This document shows positions 1-12,931 of a stretch of 64,000 nt of DNA, piece by piece. The translations under genes were made by a program, and so were the position numbers. The notes under the pieces are model-generated. The model was given only the letters and a program-made list of their open reading frames with translations, ran no database searches and had not been told where the DNA came from. The DNA is taken from positions 509,693-573,692 of the forward strand of contig MNCI01002250.1 in NCBI GenBank assembly GCA_015680685.1. The letters are read 5' to 3'. The DNA is from Gnetum montanum. Lineage: Eukaryota; Plantae; Gnetophyta. The number at the start of each line of letters is the position of its first letter. Position 1 is the stretch's first letter.

Positions 1-2899
1 AGTAAGGTTTTCTAAGAAATTCTATCATAAGATTTAGAAATATAGAGTTTAACAACAATGATAGGATTGCTAGTAGATTTTTCCCAATGGAGATTCTCAT
101 GCATTGTGATGACTCATTGATCATTTGCTAATGTTGAATGAATATATTTTAAGTTTAGCTAATGATGTGTAGGAGAGTGTGGAGGTAGCTCACCAAAATC
201 TTAGCATAGAATTTGTAGAGAATAAAATAGAGGCTAATGTAGCAAAATAGTAATGGGGAGGTTGGTGATGTAACCTTAATGATGAGGGTGATGTGTGTAA
301 AGTTCTAAGATTAAGGAAAGGTGCTTAATTAGGTAAATTCCGTAAAGGTCTATGTTAGAAAGAGGTCTACATGATGACATCATAGGAATCGAAAGAGCTC
401 ATTAGACAACCATCGAGGTTAAGGGTTTGATTGGTCTAGGACTTGGTGATAATGTTTTCAAATTCTAAGGAGAGAATGGTCAAGCTATTATGAGGAAGGG
501 ATGCATGTATAATCTTGAAGAAGAGTTGGTATAAGGGAGGTATCACAGTGGTAGTTGGCAAATAAATATGAAAAATATTAGAAATGGAAATAGGTTATGT
601 TAGGAATTACCTATGAAGGAAAGAGTATTTTTCTTGTGTCTACGATGGATGACTTGTTAGTGAAAGAACTTTGTGTTGCAATTGCTACAAAAGAGCCATG
701 CCACTTGTAACTATTATAGCCAGTATATTTCATTCATTTCAATTAGAGTGAGCAAGTGGTGTTGGAGTGTGTGCTACTTTAGGTTAGTTGGGTTGGCAGA
801 GCTTCTATTATCAAGCTAGAGACAAATGTTGGGAGGGTATTAAATAAAGTCGTATGAAAGTTTCGTCTTGGGAAAGGAGGAGGTGGTGAAGGTGGGTAGG
901 ATGGCAAATGAGGGGGAGATACATTGTGCTTGCATGGAGCCAAAAGGTCAAGAGTGAGTTGTTGGGGTGGGGGAAAGTGAGCTAGCAAGTTTTGAATTAT
1001 TGGGAACTTAGTGTTTTTATATGCATTTATGAATTAATCCATATGTCCTTTCATTTTATTCTCTAGGATCAACAAAAATTAATTATGTTCTCCATATGAA
1101 AAGTAAGAAATGCTTTTTGGTATTGTTGCCAATATATCATTAACCTTAATATGTATATTACCTTTCTGGTAGTACCAATGGGTTTTGAATGCATTACAAA
1201 ACTAATGGTCATGGTATCAAGGTTTAAAAATATAGAATTTGTACCTTCATAATCGTATATTATTAATATGTTTATAAGGATCCAAGGCTAGGACCAAAAC
1301 TAATTCTCTAACCATGACAAATAGGTGTATAATGTGAAACAACCTTTTTAATGATTAAATTAAGGCAAAGGTTTAAACTTAATATGGTATTTTACATTGT
1401 AAAGCTTATATGGAACAACAATGTAAAGTTATTTCATTTTATTAGAAAATGTTTAGTTGGCTAGATACATATTTATCTATAAAAGTATACTTAATAATCT
1501 AAGAAAAAAGATAGTTCAATCAATACAAAACTTTGTTTTGAAAATGGAATGTCAAAGATTGTACATGTAAAATTCATATGATATCTACAAATAAGATGAA
1601 GCACAAGGAAAAGCCATTTTAATTTCAACAACCATGCACTGTGGTAGCTTTGATAATAATGACCAGTATTTATTTTGCACAATCACATTACAGCTGAAAG
1701 TTATCATTGTAAGAACATGAATAGGAAGATAGATTGAACTTCGTAGGCAACAATGTAGGTGCAAACTTTGCCACAATGTATGGTGGAAGATAATGAACAT
1801 TTTTATCTTTCATGCTTTACAACCAAACTCAATGAAATATGAACAAAATATTTCATTGTTATCCATATGTTTTTTATTTGTTCAGGTTGAACTTTATCTT
1901 ACTAGGCTCTTTCATCAAAGATGTGTTTAAGATCCATACAATATGAATTATTGGTATGTAAATTTAAACTTCTTCTCTAATTAACACATAGATCTTATGC
2001 AAACATAGAAAAACCATCTTAGCATGTTTCCAAGTCATTTATCATGGTCCCCTCTACTAATCAATACCTACTATTTCTCATCTAATATGGTTATCCTTGC
2101 ACCTAACATCTAATTAAAGTATTATCATATTGCAAACTTCTATATGTACTATTAAGATATAGTTAATATGATGTTTTTTAAAATTTTGATAAAACATAAA
2201 TATATTTTAATTATGACTTGAACTAGCAACCTCTTGTTTAATATATAACTAATTAATTTACTTTTAATTAGATAAAATTTAAAATAAAATAAAAATAAAT
2301 TATTATTAGAAATTTTAAAAAAACTTTCAATGATAAGCGAAGTGGATACTTTGCTCTTGTTCTCTGTTGTCATTGCTTTCCTTTTAGAACATGTATTCAT
2401 TTCCAAGATATTAAGATTAAGAAATAAGCTTGTTGAAACCTTTGATTTACAAACAATAAGTAAACTCCGAATTAACATTGTTATAAGAATATGAAACATA
2501 ATGTGGTAAGTTTGATTCTATGAGTTTTTAAAAAATCTTTTATATTAAGAATTCCTCTGTCTTAAAGATGAAAAAGGTAAAGAGGTTCTCAGTGGAAGGA
2601 TGAGAAAATTCTAAAAAAAATAATATTAATTGGTTGGCCACAAGTTACTGTAATGGGAAACCAGGAACTTGGTTGCCTACCAGTACGAGTTTAACAAGCG
2701 TAAGCAGGAACTTGGAACTATTGAGGCCAACCTCACCCATGCTAGGCATAGGGCCTTGTTTGAACAAGTTTAATATCACAAAAAATCAGAAGTTATACAG
2801 TATTGACATGTCAAGCCTTCATGGTCTAAATTAAATGTACTTTCATGGGCTTGAATAACCCATAAATTGTAAAATGCAATGTACCTTGTCACAAGAATG

Positions 2900-3010
2900 T
2901 AACTATCCAACACACATCCAACTTGTGCACAACTATCCAACACAAATACATTGAACCTGGTCAAAGAATGCAACTATCCAACACACATCTAACTCATGCC
3001 AACTATCCAT
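2900..3010. repeat. Short degenerate tandem repeat (AACTATCCA core x4)
   Basis: Copies start at about 2901, 2931, 2972 and 3001. Confidence 0.7.
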
Positions 3011-5425
3011 GGGACACATGTCATTACATCTGCTTTCCTCTCATCTCACAGCCATTGATTTCCGTCTTGAATTTCGTGCCCGAGCCCGGTCCAACCCTAT
3101 AAATACCCTGNTTCTTGAATTTCGTGCCCGAGCCCGGTCCAACCCTATAAATACCCTGTCAATTCACATAAATAGGAGGGGGAGGAGCTGGAGTCTGCAG
3201 CGACCATTTTCGGTTATGCTGGCAGGCAACACTGACAGCAGAGGCGTTTTTGGCAGTCTTCTCTTTTCTATCGGCAGGCGGCAGAACACAGTAGGAGCGT
3301 AAAACTCGTGGTGAACATCAACAACAATTGTAGGCAGATTGCAGATGACAGTGTGCTTGCCTTGCAGTAGTAATTGTTGAACGACGGTTTTCTATTTTCT
3401 CACACAGAAACAGACACGTTTTCCTTTTTTTTCTTTTTCTTTTTTGCCCACGCGGTAGAGACCAACGCCCTCTTTCTGCCTATAAACAAAAACCTGGTAG
3501 AGACAGGTTATATGCATATCGTTTTGTTCTTTATTTATTTGCTTTCAAACAACAGGACAGATTTTTTTCTCTACCATCTCTAAGCGTAGAAGCAAGCGTG
3601 GAAGCAGTGGTGGTAGATAGCTTTTACAGTTTTCAATATTATTATTTGTATTTTATTTTGAATTATTTATTGTGCTCTTTTAAATTGCACAAATTATTTA
3701 ATTTTTCAATATTCTGTTTAAATTTAAAGCTTTTAATATTTTGTTTAAAATATTGTTATTATTGTTTTGTGACATAACCTTTACAACAAAGACTATTCGC
3801 ATCAAGAGGCATGTGTAGTGTAATAGTTTTTATTCGAGAATTTAAAATATTTTCTAATTGTAAGGTTTCCATTACGAAGCATTGTAACTTCGTCACTAGG
3901 TGACTTCATCCAACGGCCATACAAGTTTTAAACTTTTATTCAACAAAATGTGAAGTCCGGAATTGCATCTACACTGTTAAATTTTCATGGCAGCATCCGT
4001 GTACCCGCTAGATCTGAATTCACGTGAAAACAGTGAGCGTGATTAGTGTCAAAAACCGGATATTTAATTATTTCCATCATTATACAGTATTTAACTTTCC
4101 CAAGGTCTAGTCGTCCACTCGACTGGATATTCTTGAAGTTTGAAATTCAATATACGAAATATGGATTGCTGTTGTTCATATTTTCTACACAGCATTTAAG
4201 GTGTTTTCCGAGTAGTGGATGTAACAAACAACGCGATGTATTCTCTGTAAATATTAACGGCAACCAGCGATTTAAGCGTGCCACTGCATGCAAACGCTGC
4301 AAAATGGTTGGAAGAAATTAATGGCATGATTCCATTACACAGCTCCATCATAACATTCTGCCTTAAACACTATCCATCTGCATAAGGCATATCAGCATTA
4401 CTCCATTGCTAAAATCTAAATACCAGTACTCGCATGGACGGATTCACCCATGCAACAAATCAATAATGAATTTTATGAAAACTAATAAATCCAGACAAAA
4501 AACACCGGGCAATTCATCCTCAACATTGCATCCCAAACGCAGCCCCCACAAAAAATGAAAAATTAAAACAAAAAAGGCATTCCTTGCGGCAACCACAAAG
4601 CGGGTTCTGTGTGAATCTGGTCATGGTTTTGCGTTGCCAACCATGCACACAAATTTTCTAAAACGAGAAATGCTCGAGCACGCAATTACACCCGGCATTT
4701 CCCACTCGCAATGGCTAGTAATGGGGATTAAGAGGCTACGCTGCAACAGTAATTGTTCCCGTGAACTACGCATGCAATCACCAGAGAGGATCGACTATTA
4801 TTATCATTTGCTGCGCTGCCAAACTGCTGTTCTTTTAACATCATGAAAATATGTGAAACTGGAATTGATTGTTTTATTTAAAAAATAAATGTTCGGCTGA
4901 AGGTCTGAAACTTGAAGCTAAAATTTAATTAAGTTCAGAACACCTAATAGAATAGAATAGATGCAAGGATTATGAGATAAAGAAATATCATCGATCTAAC
5001 GTTCTAAAGTAATTGGTATTATCTTGAAAAGAGTATTTTTTTCATTGAACGTTGAATACGTTTACCAACTGAATTGGAAATCGCATGTACAATTAACTTA
5101 CAAATTCTATCTATCAAAACACTCGTCAAACTGTATTTCACAAAATACGATGGATTTTTGGAGGGCAACATTTGTTTCTAATATTTTTCAAATTTTCCTC
5201 TTGGGTTTGTTACGAATTGAATTTCATTGAGCATGCCGCCCGCCATGGCTGAGAGAGGTGACGTAAATGCGCTGCCATAACGGCCGTCTCTGCCACCGCT
5301 ACTTTCACCATGTCAGCCCACCCCGACAGCATTGTCGTTACAAACCTCTTCAACGTCCATATTGCATGCCATTCCTGATATCCTGCAACAATAGGGAGCC
5401 TGAGAGAGAGCATGAATGAAGCGGA

Positions 5426-5432
5426 TATAAAT
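5426..5432 (+). promoter_or_regulatory. TATA box of the bHLH gene
   Basis: TATAAAT about 140 bp upstream of the ATG. It is preceded by a GC-rich block with GCCGCC and TGACGT motifs (5236-5263) and a (GA)n tract. Confidence 0.45.
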
Positions 5433-5569
5433 CACTCCACAGATACATAGCTTCTCTATCTCTGCTTTTCGTTGGGGGATCTAATTTTCAGAACTACAGT
5501 AATCATGTAAAAAGAAAAAGCAAAGAATGTACCAAACGCAAATGAACGTGCTCAACGAATTTCAAGATC

Positions 5570-5909
5570 ATGGGGCCGTTGGCGACGGCGTTTGCCAGTG
5601 TAGCCTACACTATCGATGATGTGGAGAGTAGCTTACAAGCAGCAGAAGCCGCACAGGCGCAGGCTGCCATGGCTGCCCGAAGCGCGGCTGCGAGACTCCG
5701 GCTGCAAAGGATCCAGAAGCGGTTGCTGGAGAAAGAGGTTCCATTCTGCAGGGTGAGGATGGATACTGCGGCCATGCTGCAGGAAGCGTTTCAGTACATT
5801 TCAGTACATTTGGTTTCTGCAACGTCGTCGGTTGCTGGTGCTTCATTGCATGCCCGAAATGGAGGATCGTATGATTCTCTGTGAATGGGGTTCCATAAGC
5901 GCTGGGTGA
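5570..5909 (+). pseudogene. Divergent bHLH transcription factor (subfamily VIII: HEC/IND/BNB-like), frameshifted in helix 2
   Basis: SAAARLRLQRIQKRL-LEKEVP...MDTAAMLQEAFQYI aligns with the VIII consensus [23 protein letters not shown]...MDTASMLDEAIHYV. TCAGTACATT is duplicated at 5791-5810. Removing one copy restores YIWFLQRR (compare YVKFLQ) with a stop at 5907-5909. As assembled, the ORF ends at 5884. Confidence 0.75.
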
Positions 5910-7877
5910 TGTTGTTGCTTTACGTGGCAGCAGATGTTGCAGGCTTTGCAATGTTCACCTGCTGTACAGATAAAGCTGTTTAAGTGACAGATGTGTCTTG
6001 TGACTGAGGAACAGCTCCGTTGGGTTTTTCATCATCATGCATCATCCGCCCTTGGTTCTGGGTTCAGCCGTTCGAGTTACATGGATCTGTAAATTGTGAT
6101 AATATATGGCTCAGATGTTATTGAGGTATAAATCTATGCAGGAAAGCAAAATACAACCGGCACACATCTTATGACTTTATAAAAACAAATTTTACATAAT
6201 GCAAGATATAATTATACCGGCGAAGATCCATTGATTTTTTATGCAAAGCATGCTGACGATGATCCCCTGAAACCTGCAATGAGGGTAGACATTGCTTAAA
6301 CCTTGGAAGTGATTTTTCCCAAATAAGAATCAAACACAAGCTTTACAGTTTTTTCTTTCATCTAACATCATAACTCATGGTGCAAATTTACCTTCCCACT
6401 TTTTTCTTCTTCTGCGTGACACCATGATTCATGGTGCCAACTGCCAAGTTACCTCCTCACACTTTTTCTAAGTAACCTCATGCGAACATACTTCACAGTT
6501 TCTTCTTTTTCAGTGTTTTTTAATCCAGCCAATGATGACGGATGTAGAGATCGATCGATAGCCACATGAATGGCCAGAGTAGAATTTATGACGACCTGAC
6601 CCGGTACGACTTTTCTTAAAATAAAAGTATCATTTTAATGGGATGTCACTGCGTTTTAGAATTATTTTTCGGATTTGAGAGCAATTCCTCCTAATTCGTC
6701 GATGTTAGCACGATTCTTAAGAGTTCCCGACTATTTAAAGATTATATGAGTGACTTATTAGAAACTGAGAATTTTTGGTATATATCCTTATTTGAAATTT
6801 TGTAACTTGCATTTTCTTAATCACGTATCCACGATTCCAAAGCTTGACTTTCAAGTAAATGGTTAACATTAACTTGTATCGAATGAATAAAATTCTTGGA
6901 TTATCTTAAGTTTGTAAAAGGGATGTAAATTAAAATATGATAAAATATTTAAATTATATATATTTTTAAAAATATAATATAATATTTTAAAATAAGATTC
7001 TTTATGTTAAAGGTATAAATTACATTTAATTATTTTTAATTTTTCTTTCTTATTCTAAATGCATTAAATCTCATTTTTAAATTCAAAATTAAATTGAAAG
7101 AATATGTGATGGAGATGATCTCATGAACTTTTGTTTGTTTTCCTATTTCATACTCAAAGCTAAAATTTTCTAAATCTAAGATGCTCAAACATATGCATAA
7201 GGTAGGGTTAGAACTTAGCTATAGTGAAAAATAGGTAAGTTTCATTAATAAAATACCCATGACTAAGTTTGCAAGTTTCATGACTTTATTACTCTTTAGT
7301 TGTATTTATTTAGCTAAGATTTTGTTCCTTAACTTATATTTGTTGATTTTGTTAAGACAAGGCTATGATGATGATCATGTTTTTATTTTTATTGTTAGTG
7401 CTTTGAGTGTACATAGTGGGATGAAATGTGGAAACATGATGATAAGTACCTTGAGCAAAGCACAAACAAAGCATAACAATCCCAACTACAAATTGATGGT
7501 GTAAGTTGTAGGTACTTTGTGTCCCCGTCCTACATTTTTGCTAACTTCAACATCCACATATGATACTTCTTTGGTCCACATATGATATATTGCTTCCATG
7601 GACTTTTATTGTCTTAAGCTACATAGAAGAAGCATATACTATGATACATTCATATAAATATAAGGTTAGAATTTGACACTTTTTAAGGCTTCTTTTATTT
7701 TGTTGTAAAATTCACTAATTTTTCTATGTGATTTGTTGTCAAAATGCTAAAATAAATTTAAACATTTGTCAATTTGAAGCATTGAAATTTGAAAAAGGCA
7801 TTTCATTTTAAAATAAATCAAGGTATAAGTAAGAAAATAACTTACCTTTTCCTATTTTTATAATTTTTATTCATACT

Positions 7878-8760
7878 TGATGAGCAACGAGGTACCCCAA
7901 TGCCCAACCATATGAATCATAAGCATTCACGCATGATCCGATTGAATTCTGTGGATGGGACTAGTTGTGCATCTAGATCATTATGCCTTGATCATAGTTC
8001 GCTGTCTTCCTACTTGAACTAGTGGTTGCTTTGTCATGTATCGTTTAGTCTAGAGTGAGGCATATGATTCGTGATGTTGTTCAACTCTAAGCTACTCTTA
8101 ATGATAATAAAGAAATTAATTGTTTAATCTAATTAATGGAAGGTAAAGTCTCACTAGCCTATGTGCGATGAGTATCCATTCCTAACCTTCCGTACACACC
8201 TTCAACTTCGTGCAACTACCACTAAGATTACTAAGCATACCGTTACTAGATGTATTAAATGATAACACTGCTGGGTTACCAAATAGTTACACTTAAGCTC
8301 TTGCAATTAGTCATACTCATTCCTCTTAATGATAGAAAATGATAAAGAGCAACAAATGATGAACATTAACTAAGGAAAATGGTAAGCATTTAAGTAATTA
8401 AAAATAGTAATAAAGCTAAGTAGATGCTACAATGATGGATGTAATCTCAATCTTATTCCTGAACATGTAACATGTCTAAGTACTTCACACTCAAATAAGG
8501 ATGTTATGCAATCATTGAACATCACACTATAGCCATGCATTGGAAACTAACAAAACTTCAAATCTATCAAAATATGTGAATCTATCTATATCTATCCCTT
8601 TTTCCCAACCATGCACCCAAGTGTTGTATTTGTAGGCTAACACAGAATGAGCGATATCAAATCCCCAACATCAGAGGTTGTGCCCTAATATTAGACACCT
8701 AACAATGCAGCCTTGATATGAGATACCTAATATCGTGGCCCTGCAAAACATAACTAATCA
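7878..8760 (-). repeat. 3' LTR of element A
   Basis: Colinear with 23013-23898; differences are mostly C>T and G>A. Confidence 0.92.
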
Positions 8761-8944
8761 TACCCCCATGACTAAATGAAAACTCACCCTTGAGTTAAAA
8801 TGAGGAATAAGTTCTTTACAAAATATTGGGAAGGTATGGAATTATTAACTAACTTAAATAAGCACACAAATTAACTCTTTCATGCTGCAGTGGTATTTTA
8901 CATAAAATGGACACATCATGACAAAACAACAAAACTAGGGAATC

Positions 8945-11641
8945 TCATGTAGTTCCTTGAGAAGGTGGCTCTTCCATGGGTTGCTTTCCCTTGTCATCAT
9001 GCTTCTAGAATTTATAGTGATTCAAGAGTGCCTACAACTTCTCCTCCTCCATTCTTGGATCATGTACCATCCAAGCTAATGAGTTGATGTGTGCTAGAAC
9101 CAATACATTTCATGAACATAGCAACTATGGAAACATTTGATTTACTTTCACATGTGATGCTATGAACTGTTGCCATTCCTCCTCAAAAGCTTTGGCCTTT
9201 TCTTTTAGTTCATGATGATTTGTTAATCTTTTAGCCAAGTCTGAGGCTACATCTCTTTGCCCATGGTAGCAAGCCTTAATTATTTCTAGTTCTGAGTTTT
9301 TCCATGTGGAGTTTTTATAGAGCATTTTTTCTATTTGCAAACTCTTTTTCATACAAGGCATAAGTGGCTGCTACTTGTTATTCCAACTCATTTCTAGGCC
9401 AACACGCTATTAACATGGTAAGGTTAGCATAGTGAAGGTTAACTAATGCCATGTACTCTTTCAAATCTTAAATTTGTAGGTTCTTGTTCTTTACTTCAAC
9501 TTGGTGAACTAGGGCATAGCTATCCAAGATGGGCTACTAGTCAGGATTCTGCGTTGACATAAAACTGATGAAGGCCTTTTCCATTTGCATTTCTTTTTCA
9601 TTAATCTATTTATACATGCCAATCTGGTCTCGAAAGTGCTCTTTCAACTTCTCATGCTTCTTGGCCTCGTTTTGCGACATGCTTATCTTGATTGTAGATT
9701 TTTGATGTACTACGTGAACCTCCTCCATTGAAAGGATTTGGTTCTCTCTAACCAATCTACTTATATCATGGTTGACCATCACCAATTTCTCCCTCAACTG
9801 GTGGATACTTTCTTTCAAAATGTTTTTCTATCTTTCAACAATGGCCTACTTGGTGTTATCAGGAGCAAGCTGTTTGTTCTCCTCTTGTGTAGTGGTTAAT
9901 AACTTCTTATGGGCATATGCTTGGGCTTTAGTAGCTGAGGCATTCTAGACAACTTTCTCCTTTTCTTGTTCAATAGCTTTATTTTGTTCAATCAATCGGC
10001 TAAGATGCTTTGTTCGAAATTGTTCCAATTGATCAGGTGCAATGAATTGGGAATGCACTTTTGCTTCTTCATTCTTTCCCCTCATCTCTACCATGATTAG
10101 TTTTCCTTTTGTGGCAATGAGGTTGGATTGTATCGTAGTGACATCATTAGGGATGTTAAATACAGTTGTCATTACTTGTCTAGGCTACAACAATCTATCA
10201 AGAACATCCTCATGGGACAGACGAGTCATTGAAGTCCTAGCTAACATTTGTGCATCTCTAATTCTGGTCAAATCTACCAAGGGCATAGTAGGCATATTAA
10301 AGGATTCTTTAATGTGGTCTATGATAGCTTCTACTACACCTGCCACATCTTGGTGCTACATGATCATGACTGTGGCACCCTCTCTTATTTCAAGTAACAC
10401 TTGAAAAGATGTGGCATTTCCAGAGATCTATTATGACCATTGGGCCTCTCCTCCTAAATGCAACGAGATTTGTCCCCTTGATGAATCAGTAGAAATTGTA
10501 AGCTGAATAACATCATTTATGACTTGAAAGAGGTTTGATTCATCCCTGCTTTCCCAAATGAGAGTTTCAACTATTCTCTATAGATGGCTCATTATGGGCC
10601 TATAGTCTTGCGGTGGTGGAAATGTATCTTGTGGCTCTTATTGTTACACTAGTTCTTACTCTGGCTTCTTTTCTAGTTCTTGTTTCGGCTCATTTTCTGG
10701 TTCTTGTTCATCACCAAGGTCTTTTCTTGGTGCTAGGTGTTTGAGCAATTCAGCAAAGGAAGCATTCTGAGCCATCCTAGGAACATCATTGTTACAACCT
10801 AGGATTCCGGTGCACTTGCATAGCTTTTTAATTAGGCAAGGAAATGGAAGTGTCAGCTCCCCTACCTTTCATTCCTCTAACCACCTTTGAATTTCCATGA
10901 AGTACAATTAAGCAAGATTGGCATTGTATTTGCCCATCAAGATTGCACTTCCTGTGGTTGCATAACTTGATATGTGCCCTTTAGTTGGGAAGAGGTGGTA
11001 TCTACCAATTTTGAAGTAGATTCTCTCTTCTAGAGTTAACTCATTGTATATTTTGTTTTTTTGTTATATGTCCACTTCAACCATAGTTTTGTGGTTTCTA
11101 CGTCAAACCTTGTAGACAGATGCACTACCTTAGCCCCCACATTAGGTATGTTTAGAGCCTCTATGATGGCCTTGACTGAAAAACAGATAGAGACTCCACC
11201 AATATTAACAATGGTGCCTTCTTCCTTACTATGTCAAAATTGGTATGTCTCATCAAGGTATCATTACCCACTTTTAGAGAGGATATGCCATAGAGGCAAT
11301 GCTTGAAGTTGAGTTCTAACTACCTTAGGGAAAAATTTCATGATTGGCCTAAAGTTCATTTCCATGATGACCATGGTCAACATGGACCACTCCTAGATGT
11401 ATTAGAAGAATTCTTGGGACAATGTGAGGTGTTGTCCTTACACTAGAGCTTATGGTTTTGCAGCCTCTACTTGGACCAAATACCCTATAACAAGAGCCTC
11501 TTGATTAATGCTAAATGACTAGGCCTCCTATTCTTCATGCTCAACTAGTGGGCCTTATTCTCCTAGTTGACCTCTACCACCTCTCAGACATTTGCTTGCA
11601 CCTTTCAAAGGTCCTTCTTGTTTATCTCTTTTTAGGGCCAT
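8945..11641 (-). pseudogene. Decayed env-like ORF2 of A (about 900 codons)
   Basis: Starts M(A)LKRDKQEGP..GASK directly after TTGTAG. The central VNIGGVSICFSVKAIIEALNIPNVG motif resembles Athila env-like/Transposase_32-type proteins. Long coiled-coil-like C-half (ORF-track fragments 9125-10172); ends KGKQPMEEPPSQGTT*. Confidence 0.7.
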
Positions 11642-11808
11642 CTACAATTAATCAAGGAATTAGTGTTACTAAGGTGTTTTCCATTTATCCTCAATAGGTT
11701 TATACCTTACCCATGCCCTTAGTTCCATTAAGTTCTTAGCTCATGTGATTGCAGAGTTAGAAAAATTTCAACAAAAATGCCCAAAAAGTGTTTAACTTCT
11801 TTTATGAC

Positions 11809-12805
11809 CGAGGAGTCATTAGTTGGCTGGGTTATCTAAGTCAACTTTTTGGTTGGCCTTGATATCTTAGCTTCGATGTCCTAGCCTCGATAACAAGCCC
11901 CCAATAACAAGGCTCAAACAATAAAGACCAAACAACAAGGCTCCAACAACAAGGCCCCAACAACAAGGCTCCAACAACAAGGCTATGATAACAAGGCTCC
12001 AATAACAAGGCCTCGATAACTGGGCCATGTCGACAAGGCCTTGTTGATGTAGCCTAGCAATAAAATCTATAAATACACACTCACAACCATGTTTATGCAA
12101 TTTTTCGATTAATAGAATAGCCAAACTCTTGCATTTTTATTTCGTAGTCTTAGAGAATAGTCAGTGAGTGCCTGCAGTGTGGATCTAAGTCAGTTGTACA
12201 ATGTCTTATTCAAATGGCAACATACTTGGACAAATTCCATGAACGACAATAAGATTGAGATTGATTCTTATTCATTTCAACACTTTAACTTAGATTAAAT
12301 TTACTTTTAATGCAATTTATATTCCATGTACCTAGCTAATATTTATGTTTCCATGCATGTTAATGAAATGGCAAAATGAGCATGACTAGTTTTGAGTGTA
12401 AACATGTATTCGCTTAGTAATCCCATTAGCATTATTGCTTGGTTCACCTAGTAGCATAACACTTGGTAATCCTAGTAGTGGATATGTGCATTCAGGATGT
12501 GTACTACAAGCTGGGAATGGACACTCATCACTCATAGGCTAGTTTAAACTTTACTTTATGTTGTTAATTAGATTAAGTAATTGATTTCTCTATTATCATT
12601 AGGAGTAACCTAAGGCCAAAACAAAAAAAAATTATCATATGCCTCACTTTGGAGTAAACCACACATGACAAAGCTACCACTAGTCCAAGTGGGAAGACAA
12701 AAAATTGCAATCAAGACATAACGATCACAGAATTCAATCGAATAATGCGTGAATGCTTGTGATTTGTATATGGTTGGGTGTAGGGGGGTACCTCACCACT
12801 CATCA
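11809..12805 (+). repeat. 5' LTR of element B
   Basis: Colinear with 17865-18870; 14-bp array at 11891-12040 and TATA at about 12069. Confidence 0.92.
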
Positions 12806-12931
12806 TTGGTGTTGCTACTAAGGATGGTGCTAGTTATTTAGATTACTTATATCATACACGATCATTGTAAACACATTAATGATTTATCTTTCAGAAAGAA
12901 ATTAAATCACACACATAATTAACTAACAAAA

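Noticed and set aside
1-990. Possible LINE relic on the minus strand
   Set aside because: Composition is TE-like, but it is too decayed for any diagnostic motif.
3065-3158. Perfect 46-bp duplication containing a TATA box
   Set aside because: The copies flank a single N (3111), the signature of an unmerged contig overlap; most likely an assembly artefact.
7878-7925. TGATGAG at LTR ends resembles the hammerhead ribozyme core (retrozyme idea)
   Set aside because: There is no preceding C (CUGAUGA), no GAAA after the stem and no stems I/III; it is simply the LTR terminal inverted repeat.
11891-12040. Repeat arrays as CRISPR-like
   Set aside because: Head-to-tail 14-mers without unique spacers, in a eukaryotic LTR context.
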